A DNA stretch of 64,000 bases from an uncultured Solirubrobacterales bacterium (GTDB taxonomy: Bacteria > Actinomycetota > Thermoleophilia > Solirubrobacterales > Solirubrobacteraceae): NCBI GenBank assembly GCA_963782025.1, contig CAWAIB010000005.1:483919-547918 (forward strand). The letters run 5' to 3'. Below are positions 53,517 to 62,097 of the stretch, in pieces. The position numbers and the translations under genes were made by a program. Position 1 is the first letter of the stretch. The number at the start of each line of letters is the position of its first letter. The notes under the pieces are model-generated. The model had not been told where the DNA came from, did no database searches, and saw nothing but the letters and a program-made list of their open reading frames with translations.

Positions 53517-54332
53517 ATGGACGCGATGGACTGGGGTATTCAAACCGGGAGCGCGCCGGCGATCTACCAGGAGTTTCTCGTGCCGGCGATGTTCGCGCCG
53601 TTCGCGGAGCGGCTCGTGGAGCATGGGTGTGTGCGGCCGGGTTCGCGTGTGCTCGACGTCGCCTGCGGCACCGGCGTCGTCTCGCGTGCAGCCGCGATCC
53701 TTGCGGGTACGGGCGGATCGGTCGCGGGTGTGGATCTCGGAGAGCCGACGGTAGCGATCGCGCGCACACATCCGGCCGAGGAGAACGCCGCACCGATCGA
53801 CTACGCCCAGGCGGACGCCACGGTACTGCCCTTCGACGCCGAGGATTTCGACGTTGCACTGTGTCAGCAGGGCCTGCAGTTCTTTCCTGACCGCGCGGCC
53901 GCGCTCGCTGAGATGCGACGCGTACTGAAGCCCGGCGGACACGTCGCGATTGCGACCTGGAAGGACATCGAGCCGCCGTTCAGCGCGATCGCCGACGCGC
54001 TCGCTCAGCACGTCAGTAGCGAGGCTGCACAGATGATGCACTCACCATTCACACTCGGCGACGGCGCCACCCTGGCCCAACTGATGTCCGACGCGGGCTT
54101 CCGCGAGGTTGCGGTCATCGACGAAACGATCCAGTGCACCTGGGCATCCCACCCTGAGTTCGCCCGCCGCTATATCGCCGCCAGCCCAATCGCGTCGGTG
54201 TTCACCGCCGCTTCTAATCACTCCCAGCAGGCCGTCTGCGATGAAGTCGCCGAGAGACTTGCGCCGCACGCTACCGCTGAGGGCTCGCTGCGGATGCCGA
54301 TGAGCACAAACATCGCCGTTGGCAGAGCCTGA
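53517..54332 (+). CDS. class I SAM-dependent methyltransferase
   Basis: VLDVACGTGVVSRAAA, VAGVDLGEPT, FDVALCQQGLQFF, LKPGGHVAI. GAGGGGAGG upstream of ATG 53517. Confidence 0.85.
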   Translation: MDAMDWGIQTGSAPAIYQEFLVPAMFAPFAERLVEHGCVRPGSRVLDVACGTGVVSRAAAILAGTGGSVAGVDLGEPTVAIARTHPAEENAAPIDYAQADATVLPFDAEDFDVALCQQGLQFFPDRAAALAEMRRVLKPGGHVAIATWKDIEPPFSAIADALAQHVSSEAAQMMHSPFTLGDGATLAQLMSDAGFREVAVIDETIQCTWASHPEFARRYIAASPIASVFTAASNHSQQAVCDEVAERLAPHATAEGSLRMPMSTNIAVGRA

Positions 54333-54662
54333 CCCTGCGTGAGCGCAGATCCATGAGCTGCGTCAGCCTCTCCCGTTCGTCGGTGCGAGGCTCGACCACG
54401 GTCACGCCGCGCACTCTCCGTTAGACCAAGCACCGAGCCTGAGACGCGGCGACGCGAGCGCTTCGCTTTGCCCTGGGCAAGCGGGTGCCCGCCCGATCCT
54501 CGGTCGACGCTATCGAGAGTCGTCCAAGGCGAGCGCGGGCGCGGGCGTGATCCCCGTGCCCACTTTGTCGGCGGAGGGGAGGCCGCGACCCCAAGCCGGC
54601 GAATTGCACGAGCGGCACGACAGTCGCGTCACTGCCTCGACGGAAAGCGCTAGATTCGCTCA

Positions 54663-55421
54663 GTGAGCTTCCTCGCTGCGGCTGATGCGTACGACCGCTT
54701 TATGGGCCGCTACTCGGTGCTGCTGGCCCCGCAGCTTGCCGATTTCGCGACGATCGCGGCTGGTCAGCGAGCGCTCGACGTCGGCTGCGGTCCAGGCGCT
54801 CTCACTACCGAGCTGGTGAGGCGGTTGCGAGCGGACTTCGTTTCGGCTGTTGATCCTTCCGAGACCTTCGTCGCGGCGGCCCGAGATCGTCACCCCGGCG
54901 TCGACGTGCGACTTGGCTCGGCGGAGCAGTTGCCTTTTGCGGACCAGGCATTCGACGGAGTGCTCGCGCAGCTCGTCGTTCACTTCATGAAAGATCCCAC
55001 AGAGGGGCTCAGTGAAATGGTGCGCGTCACTCTCCCAGGCGGTGTCGTGGCGGCATGCGTGTGGGATCACGCTGGCGGTCAGGGCCCGCTCAGCCTGTTC
55101 TGGGATGCGGCGCGCGAACTCGACCCCGAGGTCGAGGATGAGTCGCAGCTTGCCGGTGCCCGCGAGGGCGAGCTTCCGCGGCTGTTTGACGCCGCCGGGC
55201 TGCGCGAGATCGAGGAGTCAGCCCTGATAGTCAGCGTCGAGCATCCGAGCTTTGACGATTGGTGGGAGCCGTTCACCCTTGGCGTGGGGCCGGCCGGCAG
55301 CTACACGGCTGCCCTCGACGCGAGGCGACAAGCGCAGCTGCGCGAACGCTGCCGCGACGCGCTGCCAGCGGCGCCGTTTGTGCTCCGCGCCCAGGCTTGG
55401 GCAGCACGAGGCGTCGTGTAG
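54663..55421 (+). CDS. class I SAM-dependent methyltransferase
   Basis: ALDVGCGPGALTTELV, VSAVDPSETF, FDGVLAQLVVHFM, LPGGVVAA. Confidence 0.85.
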   Translation: MSFLAAADAYDRFMGRYSVLLAPQLADFATIAAGQRALDVGCGPGALTTELVRRLRADFVSAVDPSETFVAAARDRHPGVDVRLGSAEQLPFADQAFDGVLAQLVVHFMKDPTEGLSEMVRVTLPGGVVAACVWDHAGGQGPLSLFWDAARELDPEVEDESQLAGAREGELPRLFDAAGLREIEESALIVSVEHPSFDDWWEPFTLGVGPAGSYTAALDARRQAQLRERCRDALPAAPFVLRAQAWAARGVV

Positions 55422-56252
55422 GCCCGCGGGAGCAAGGCATCGTTCAGGTCTGCGGAAGGCGCGGCAGGTAGGCACCGCGCCTCCTGGCATCCGAAAGCGG
55501 GCGTGTCGAGGCTATCCGCGCAGACGACCGGATTGGACGACCGAAATGGAGGACTGCGGGCGAGCAGGTCGGCCGCCCGCCGGTGCCGTCTCTTATATCT
55601 TTGACTGTAAGGACGGGTAGAGCGGGGCGATAGTCACTGCCCGAGCTTGTGGGCGGCGTGTCTGACGTACTGCAGCTGCTTGGCGGAGAGTTCTCCGGTC
55701 CACTCGCTCGTTTGCTTCCATCTGCATCTGGACCGTTCCGATGCGCTCGTGCCGCCAGTCTCGGCACACAGCGCGTGCTCAAATCCCTGCTCATCGAGGT
55801 CGCCCTGAAGAAACTTCACGGGCTGGACGCGCAGCGCTGGCGTCCGTGGTGATGCGCCTCAGACTGTGAGGTTGATGCGCTGAACCGGAGGCTGATAGAC
55901 TGCGATGCATCCCCCCAGTCACTTCGCTGGCTGGGCGCGAGGCTCGCTTTCGGCGGGCCTCAGCGATTTAAGCGGTGGCGTCTACCACGATGGTGGCTTG
56001 CGGATCATGCCTCCTTGGGTGTAGAGGGTGATCTGGTAGTCATCGGGCGCCTCCGGAAGCTGTGCCACAGGTGCAAGGTGGGACCCTTTGTGGGGTGCAG
56101 GGCCGCCGTCTGGCTTTGCTCGTTCGCTCACCGCGCTCTGACGCGGTGGCTGAAGCTCCAAAGACGAAGCGGCGCACCGAAGCGAGTATTTTGACCGATC
56201 AAGATCGGCCGAAACAATACTTCGATGCAGCAGCGTAGTATAATGTATATCG

Positions 56253-57281
56253 ATGTATTCGCCCCCGAGCACAGACACGCGGAATGACGCCACGATGCGC
56301 AGGTCGGTTGCCGCCCTCCAGGCGGTGCTGCCAGCGGCCACGGCCTTAGAGGTTGTGGCCGTCAATGCGCAGGATACGACGATCGTTCGCATCGGATCTC
56401 GCAAGCTCGTGGTCCGGTGGATCGGCCGGGGAAGCGTTCGGGCGGTGCAGCAAGTTCTCACGATGCGACCAAAGGCGGACGTGATCGCCGGCTCCGAGCT
56501 GTCACTGGCCGCAAGGGCCGCGGCGTCTGGCGCGAAGGTGGGCTGGGTCGACGAGTCTGGAGCAGCCGAGATCGCCACTGACACGATCGTGGTGTCGCGC
56601 ACGGGACGGCAACGACGCACGTCCGTCAGACCTGCCGGTTGGACTCGCACGGTACTCAGCGTCGCTGAGGCGGTCCTGTGCGACACGCCGGCGACGGCGT
56701 CCGCGACAGCACGAGCGACAGGTCACTCGATCAGCTCAACCGCTCACGCGCTAGCTGTGCTGACCGACCTGGGACTGCTCGAGAGCTCGGCACGCAGGGG
56801 GCGTCACTCCGGACGCCGGCTGAGCGATCCGGACCGGCTCATCGAACAGTATGCCGAGGCGGCGCTGCGGCTGCGCTCGATAACTCAGCTGCGCTGTGGC
56901 GTGCTCTGGCGCGACCCGTTGACCGGACTCGAAGAGCTCGGTCAACGCTGGACGCGGGCGGGCGTGCACTGGGCCGTTACGGGCAGCCTGGGAACGGCGG
57001 TGCTGGCGCCCCTGCTCACAAACATCGCGGGTGGCGAGGTCTACGTCGAGGCGACCGGCGAGCCCGCGCTCCGCAACGCCGCACGCAATGCGGGCATCGA
57101 GCCAATCGATGGCGGCAGACTCATACTGCGACCGTTCCCGACCACCGCATCTGACCGACTGGCCACCGAGATCGACGGCATCAGAGTCGCGCCGTGGCCG
57201 CGCGTCTACGCCGACGTTCGCGACGAGGGCGTGCGCGGCGAAGAGGCCGCCGAGCACCTCCGAGAGGCGCTCCGTGGCTGA
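56253..57281 (+). CDS. AbiEi-like antitoxin-family protein (paralog of 61026..62039)
   Basis: 342-aa ORF. The C-terminus APWPRVYADVRDEGVRGEEAAEHLREAL is shared with the 61026 protein (SWPRVYADLKRLGGRGEDAAQHLRDVM). 8-nt overlap (GTGGCTGA) with the downstream nucleotidyltransferase ORF. TATAAT at 56239-56244. Confidence 0.65.
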   Translation: MYSPPSTDTRNDATMRRSVAALQAVLPAATALEVVAVNAQDTTIVRIGSRKLVVRWIGRGSVRAVQQVLTMRPKADVIAGSELSLAARAAASGAKVGWVDESGAAEIATDTIVVSRTGRQRRTSVRPAGWTRTVLSVAEAVLCDTPATASATARATGHSISSTAHALAVLTDLGLLESSARRGRHSGRRLSDPDRLIEQYAEAALRLRSITQLRCGVLWRDPLTGLEELGQRWTRAGVHWAVTGSLGTAVLAPLLTNIAGGEVYVEATGEPALRNAARNAGIEPIDGGRLILRPFPTTASDRLATEIDGIRVAPWPRVYADVRDEGVRGEEAAEHLREALRG

Positions 57282-58089
57282 GGAGCCACCACGGTCGAGA
57301 GCCGCACGAGACGCGGCGGAGAGCGCCCTGGTGCGCGTGGTGCACCATTACGGGGGGACTCCCGAGTTCGTTCTCCTCGGCGGCCTGGTCCCAGAGATTC
57401 TCTGCGCCGCCAGCGGTGTGCTCCACGCTGGAACGACAGACGTGGACGTCCAGGTGAACCTGGAGATCGAGGTCGGTACGGTCAACGTGGTCCGACTCGA
57501 GCGCGCGCTCGTGAACGCAGAGTTCGAGCCGGTGCCAGGCAGCGTCTGGCGCTGGCAGACCCGTGGCAACGAGTTCGAGCTGCTTGCGGATCTCGAAGAC
57601 GAGCGAGCGGAAAGCGTCATCGGCTTCCGAGGCTGTAAAGCCCTCGGAGCCGTCAACCTCCGCGGCACTCGATATGCGACGAGGGATTACACGCCCCAAC
57701 CACTCCGATCACAGATCGGCGGGGTCCGCTATGACGTGGAGGTGAACATCACTGGACTCGCCGGGTTCCTGCTCGCCAAGACGGCAGCAGCCCACAGACG
57801 CCGTAAGACAAAGGACTGGTATGACATCGCGTTCGTGTTGCTGCACAACGACGCCGGAGGCCCAGAGCAGGCAGCGGCGATCACTCGCCAACGCTTCGAT
57901 ATGACCCCCGCCAGCGAGATCGTAACCTCCCTCGACGATCTGCTCGCCAACTTCGACACGCCCGACGCGCAGGGGCCGGCGGCATATGCATCTCAGATGC
58001 TTGCGGACCATCCGGGCTCCGAGCAGGCCACGCTGCGCGCCGATGCGGTACTCGCGGTACGGACGTTCCACGCCGGCCTGCTCGCCTGA
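57274..58089 (+). CDS. nucleotidyltransferase toxin-family protein (AbiEii/MNT-like), full length
   Basis: GTG 57274. NTase motif FVLLGGLVPEILCAASGVLHAGTTDVDVQV. The C-terminal two-thirds are paralogous to 60506..61033 (AVNLRGT.Y..RD, I.GLAG(F/Y)LL(A/S)K, DWYD/DYYD, VLLHNDAGGP). Confidence 0.7.
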   Translation: MAEEPPRSRAARDAAESALVRVVHHYGGTPEFVLLGGLVPEILCAASGVLHAGTTDVDVQVNLEIEVGTVNVVRLERALVNAEFEPVPGSVWRWQTRGNEFELLADLEDERAESVIGFRGCKALGAVNLRGTRYATRDYTPQPLRSQIGGVRYDVEVNITGLAGFLLAKTAAAHRRRKTKDWYDIAFVLLHNDAGGPEQAAAITRQRFDMTPASEIVTSLDDLLANFDTPDAQGPAAYASQMLADHPGSEQATLRADAVLAVRTFHAGLLA

Positions 58090-58208
58090 ACGGCTTTGTA
58101 CGCATTGTGTGCAAAGGCCCTTAAGAGACTTCCGCGAAACGAGCTGCGAAAGGCTTTAACTGCTTATGCATCACTGGCCCTGCGACATGGGGCGGCAGCC
58201 CCTCAAGC

Positions 58209-58490
58209 AGGCTAGTCCAGGCGTCTGGCCCGTCTTCACGGCCGCTGATCCGGGCTCAACCAACGCAAGCAATCCCGGGCCTTTCGTCTCTCGGCCAATA
58301 AGTCCGCGAAGCGGTATTGGCCGAGAGACGAAAGACCCGGGATCTGCGACAGGGAGGGAAGACCCGGGATCTGCGCCGGCGGAAGCAGTGAAATCTCTTT
58401 GTGAATTGAGGATGTGTTTTGGGTCGCATCCGCGCAGGTAACCGAGACCTCCAGAGGGAGTGGGCGCGGGGCCTCCATGCCCCGCGTCGG
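58209..58490. repeat. composite module L4: partial spacer, type-1 hairpin plus one R-arm end, D module (no SOS box)
   Basis: Hairpin arms 58274-58300 and 58315-58341, extra R-arm end to 58375. D module 58381-58490 with the compensated hairpin variant CGCGGGGC-CTCCAT-GCCCCGCG at 58465-58486. Confidence 0.85.
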
Positions 58491-58580
58491 ATGCGATGGC
58501 AGTACGCCGGCTATCCACGCGCTCGCAACCTCGCAGAGAACAGTCGCCTGTTGGCGAAATTGTCAACCTGAGTTGGCATA

Positions 58581-59768
58581 ATGGACAACATGGCTCGCCT
58601 GCGGTCCCGAGATCTGTTTCCCTCCGAGGAGCCCGTCCGTCCGCCTGGGAAGCTGATCGGCCGCCAGAGCGATGTCGAGGAGCTTGCTTCCCAGCTCACG
58701 AATGGGATCCACCGCATCCTCGCGGCGCCGCGGCGTACGGGGAAGAGCACGGTCTGCGAAGCGACGATTGCGACGCTTCGACGCAAACGGCTCTACACGG
58801 TGAGCGTCAGCCTGTTCAAGTACACCAACGCCGCTTCCCTTGCCGAGGCGCTCGCTCAGGAGACGCTCGCCAACCGTTCGGCGGTCAAGCGGCTGATCGA
58901 GCGTACGCGCAACCTCGGCTCGGGCGCGCTCAGCGGACGTTCGCTGACCGCGGTGCTGCGCGTGAAGTCCGAATTGGGCGAGGCGGTGGAGATCGCCCTC
59001 GAGCCGACGCGTAGACGCCGCGATCCATTGCAAGAGCTGGGCGTCGCTCTCGAATTGCCCCAGCGGATCGCCGAGCGCGACGACCGGCAGTTGATCCTGT
59101 TGATCGATGAGCTGCAGCAGCTGAACAGCGGCGCCTACGGTGACCCCGAGCAGATTACCCAGCGGCTGCGGGAGACACTTCATGCCTCCCCTCGCGTGAC
59201 TTGCCTGTTCGCGGGAAGCGTCGAGCATCTGATGCGCGATCTGTTCAGCAACCAGCACCGCGCGCTCTACCAGTTCGGTGGCTTCCACGAGCTCTCACGG
59301 ATCACCGAGGATGAGTGGCGCGCGGGACTCGGTGAGCGCTTCGCCCAGGACGAATGCACGGTCGACGAGGAGGCCCTGGAGCGCATCATTGCCTCGGGCG
59401 AAGGGCATCCGCGGTCGACGATGCTGATCGCCCAGCAGACACACCACGCCTCGGTCGAGGAGGGAACCCGCCACATCGACGGTACGCTCGCCGAGCGCGG
59501 CTACCGCGGCGCGTTGGCAGACGACGCGGGCCGTCACAGCGACCTGATGGACCGTATCCGGGCGATGGGCAACACCGCGGTCGATGTCACCATCCGCCTC
59601 GCACATCACCGCTCCCCATACACGGACCTGGAGAAAAAGGCAGTCAATCGTGCGCTGAACACACTCGCCGACACCTCAATCGTGATCAGGCCAAGCGGAC
59701 GAGGCTCCTGGACGTTGGCCGACCCCCTCTTCTCAGCCTACGTTCGCCGCGAGATCAACGACGGCTGA
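58581..59768 (+). CDS. AAA ATPase (Arch_ATPase/ORC-like) with C-terminal winged-helix-like region
   Basis: LIGRQSDVEELASQL, Walker A LAAPRRTGKSTV, Walker B LILLIDELQQL, sensor-like LFAGSVEHLM. Confidence 0.8.
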   Translation: MDNMARLRSRDLFPSEEPVRPPGKLIGRQSDVEELASQLTNGIHRILAAPRRTGKSTVCEATIATLRRKRLYTVSVSLFKYTNAASLAEALAQETLANRSAVKRLIERTRNLGSGALSGRSLTAVLRVKSELGEAVEIALEPTRRRRDPLQELGVALELPQRIAERDDRQLILLIDELQQLNSGAYGDPEQITQRLRETLHASPRVTCLFAGSVEHLMRDLFSNQHRALYQFGGFHELSRITEDEWRAGLGERFAQDECTVDEEALERIIASGEGHPRSTMLIAQQTHHASVEEGTRHIDGTLAERGYRGALADDAGRHSDLMDRIRAMGNTAVDVTIRLAHHRSPYTDLEKKAVNRALNTLADTSIVIRPSGRGSWTLADPLFSAYVRREINDG

Positions 59769-59928
59769 CGCCGCTAGAAACGACACGCCGGCCGGCTCCT
59801 TCCGCAGTCGCTGAGCGGGGTTTTTTGACCGATCAAAGATCGGCTCGCATCCGCGCATGTGCCTGGTGTTCCCGTTGTGGATGGGTGCAGGCTCTCCATG
59901 CCCCGGTACCAGGGCTTGCTTAGCCACG

Positions 59929-60130
59929 GCGGATCTCGGACATTCGTTTCGACCGAGAGGACCCGCCTCAGTGGGGCCGGTCGAAACGAATGTCCGAGAT
60001 CCGCTGTGGTGATGGCCTGCGCCTGGACGGCAAAGCGGGGCCGGTCGAAACGAATGTCCGAGATCCGCCGTGGTGATGGCCTGCGCCTGGACGGCAAAGC
60101 GGGGCCGGTCGAAACGAATGTCCGAGATCT
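59929..60130. repeat. type-2 hairpin element: perfect 27-bp stem followed by two more R-arm copies at 64-bp period
   Basis: L-arm GCGGATCTCGGACATTCGTTTCGACCG 59929-59955, 22-nt loop, R-arm 59978-60004. Further R-arm copies at 60042-60068 and 60106-60129. Confidence 0.92.
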
Positions 60131-60430
60131 TGCCCGGGCCCCCCACCCTGTGACCAACAAGTAACCATCTGTGAAGCCGGGCCTGAGATCGGCTACGGGG
60201 GGTGTGTTTTGGCAGTTATGAAGGCCGTCTTGATCAGCGTCAAAATCATGCCGACCCCACGCCAAGGGCGCGCCGGTGGCGCATGGTTCTGCCCATGCTC
60301 GCCTTCGCGACCGTCTTTGTGAATTGAGGATGTTGTGAATGGAGGATGTGTTTTTGGGCCAGCATCCGCGCAGGAAGGTGAAACCTCCAATGGAAGTGGG
60401 CGCGGAGCGTCCTGCTCCGCGTCATGGCGC
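60131..60430. repeat. F module followed by D module (shared with other loci)
   Basis: 60145-60310 is almost identical to 62445-62610 and partly to 40867-40950. 60311-60430 matches the D modules at 35931, 38037 and 58381. Confidence 0.85.
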
Positions 60431-60505
60431 GTTACGTAAACCGGGTCGGCCACCCATGCATGGCCGCGATCATCAAACCGCCTCCAAGATCCCTCGTCGG
60501 AAGAG

Positions 60506-61033
60506 CTATCGGGCGAGGGTGTCGAGGAACTCGTTGATTGCTGCGGCGGCGTCGGCGGCGAGGAGTTGCGCGTCGTCCTCGGGGGTGACCTTTCGTGCTT
60601 CGCGGGCGTAGGCTCGCGCGCCATGTGCGCGGTCGTTGCGAAATCGTTCGCGTATCTCCAGGAAGGTGGAGCTCATGCCCGGGAGTGCATCCGCGAGTGG
60701 GCTGGCCTTGACGATGTTGGCGGCTTCGGTTGGGCCACCGGCATCGTTGTGAAGTAAGACGTATGCGAGGTCGTAGTAATCCTTGTCGGCGCCGCGTGTG
60801 CGCACGGCCACGGACTTCGAGAGCAGGTAGCCGGCGAGTCCGGCGATCTGAACACGCAGATTGCCCTCGGGAACGTGAAGGATGTACTCGTGGTGGTCAC
60901 GCTCGACGTAGCCGGTGCCCCGGAGATTGACCGCTCGCAGCCTCGAGCACCCAACCGGTGAAACGATCGCCTCGGCCGGCTGGTTGTCGAGATCGCAGAG
61001 GAACTCGATCTTGACGATGCGATCGTTAGCCAC
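60506..61033 (-). CDS. N-terminally truncated nucleotidyltransferase toxin paralog (catalytic GG...DxD region absent)
   Basis: 175 aa aligning with the C-terminal ~170 aa of 57274..58089. Keeps the same 8-nt coupled start (GTGGCTAA vs GTGGCTGA), but roughly 95 N-terminal residues including the NTase motif are missing. Confidence 0.65.
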   Translation of the reverse strand: MANDRIVKIEFLCDLDNQPAEAIVSPVGCSRLRAVNLRGTGYVERDHHEYILHVPEGNLRVQIAGLAGYLLSKSVAVRTRGADKDYYDLAYVLLHNDAGGPTEAANIVKASPLADALPGMSSTFLEIRERFRNDRAHGARAYAREARKVTPEDDAQLLAADAAAAINEFLDTLAR

Positions 61034-62039
61034 GCTCTGATCCCATCACGTCGCGGAGATGTTGGGCGGCATCCTCTCCCCGGCCGCCAAGGCGTTTGAG
61101 GTCGGCGTAGACCCGTGGCCAGGAGACGAGGGGGCCAGACGGAGAAGGAGTCGTGAGGCTGAATGCGTTGCTTGGAGTGCGCCACAGCTCGATCCGGCCG
61201 GCGTCATCTGTGACGGTGAGGCCGGCGTCCCGTAGCCGCGGTGCGAGGTCGCGGTGCGCGTAGCGCTCATCGACCCGCAGGTGCAGGATCGGGAGCTGCG
61301 TGACGAATGGCGCGAGCTGCTGCGCGGCGGCCCACCCCGTCCAGCCGAACGCGACATCGCCGAGGACGTGCGTGAGGCGGGCCTGCAGGTCGTCGAGGTC
61401 GCGGCTGGTGGTGTGGGCAAACCACTTCTCTATGGGGCTGGTGTTGAGGTGCGCTGTCCAGGATGCGAGCATCGCCTCCGGGTGTTCCAGGACACGGTGC
61501 GCTCCGCGTCCTCGGGCAGGTCCCTGCTTCGCGGTCCAGCCTTCCTGGTCCCAGCCGGTGAGGATCCGGCTGGCTCGCGCGATCGAGCAGCCGGCGTGTT
61601 CAGCGATCCAGGCCGTCGTGATCTGTTCGGGGCGAGCGGCGAGGGTCGCCTCGGCGGCAAGGATCGCGATCTCACTCCAGGAGGCCCCACGCGGATTTGG
61701 ATCCTTTGGCGCGGGCGCGCGGTCGACGTGGACGAGCAGGCCGTCGCCCCGCAGATTCGCCGCGCCTGTCTCATCGACCCAGTTGATCGCCCGCTCGTCG
61801 AGCAGCCGCCGAGCGCCGGATGAGAGCTCAGGCGCGACTACGAGCGTCACAGCTGGGGAGCGCTCCAGCCGTGCACGGACCTCGGCCGGGGAGCCACGGC
61901 GAACCCACGCGGCGCTGAAGCGTGGCTGGCGAGGCAGCCCCACGACGCGCAGGGCATGCGCGCCGGCCGCGGACTGGACGAGAACGTCAGCATCGAGCAC
62001 GGTGCTGACGGCACGCGTCAACCGATCTTTCTCGTTCAT
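61026..62039 (-). CDS. AbiEi-like antitoxin-family protein (paralog of 56253..57281)
   Basis: 337-aa ORF with the shared C-terminal motif. TAGAAT (62051..62046, minus strand) lies 6 nt upstream of the ATG in an AT-rich 60-nt stretch. Confidence 0.65.
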   Translation of the reverse strand: MNEKDRLTRAVSTVLDADVLVQSAAGAHALRVVGLPRQPRFSAAWVRRGSPAEVRARLERSPAVTLVVAPELSSGARRLLDERAINWVDETGAANLRGDGLLVHVDRAPAPKDPNPRGASWSEIAILAAEATLAARPEQITTAWIAEHAGCSIARASRILTGWDQEGWTAKQGPARGRGAHRVLEHPEAMLASWTAHLNTSPIEKWFAHTTSRDLDDLQARLTHVLGDVAFGWTGWAAAQQLAPFVTQLPILHLRVDERYAHRDLAPRLRDAGLTVTDDAGRIELWRTPSNAFSLTTPSPSGPLVSWPRVYADLKRLGGRGEDAAQHLRDVMGSERG

Positions 62040-62097
62040 GCCTATATTCTACTACCACAAGCAAGAATACGATAGGAAGCAAAAAAAGGTGTGCCCA

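Noticed and set aside
55982-56686. 234-aa minus-strand ORF
   Set aside because: It overlaps the AbiEi-like gene, whose paralogy to 61026..62039 supports the plus frame. No motifs were seen. The 55.4-56.2 kb stretch is left unannotated.
59805-59830. Intrinsic terminator at CTGAGCGGGGTTTTTTG (also 37749-37765)
   Set aside because: Only a 3-4 bp stem can be drawn upstream of the T-run. The same string recurs at 37749, where there is no plus-strand gene to terminate. I treated it as part of the repeat modules.
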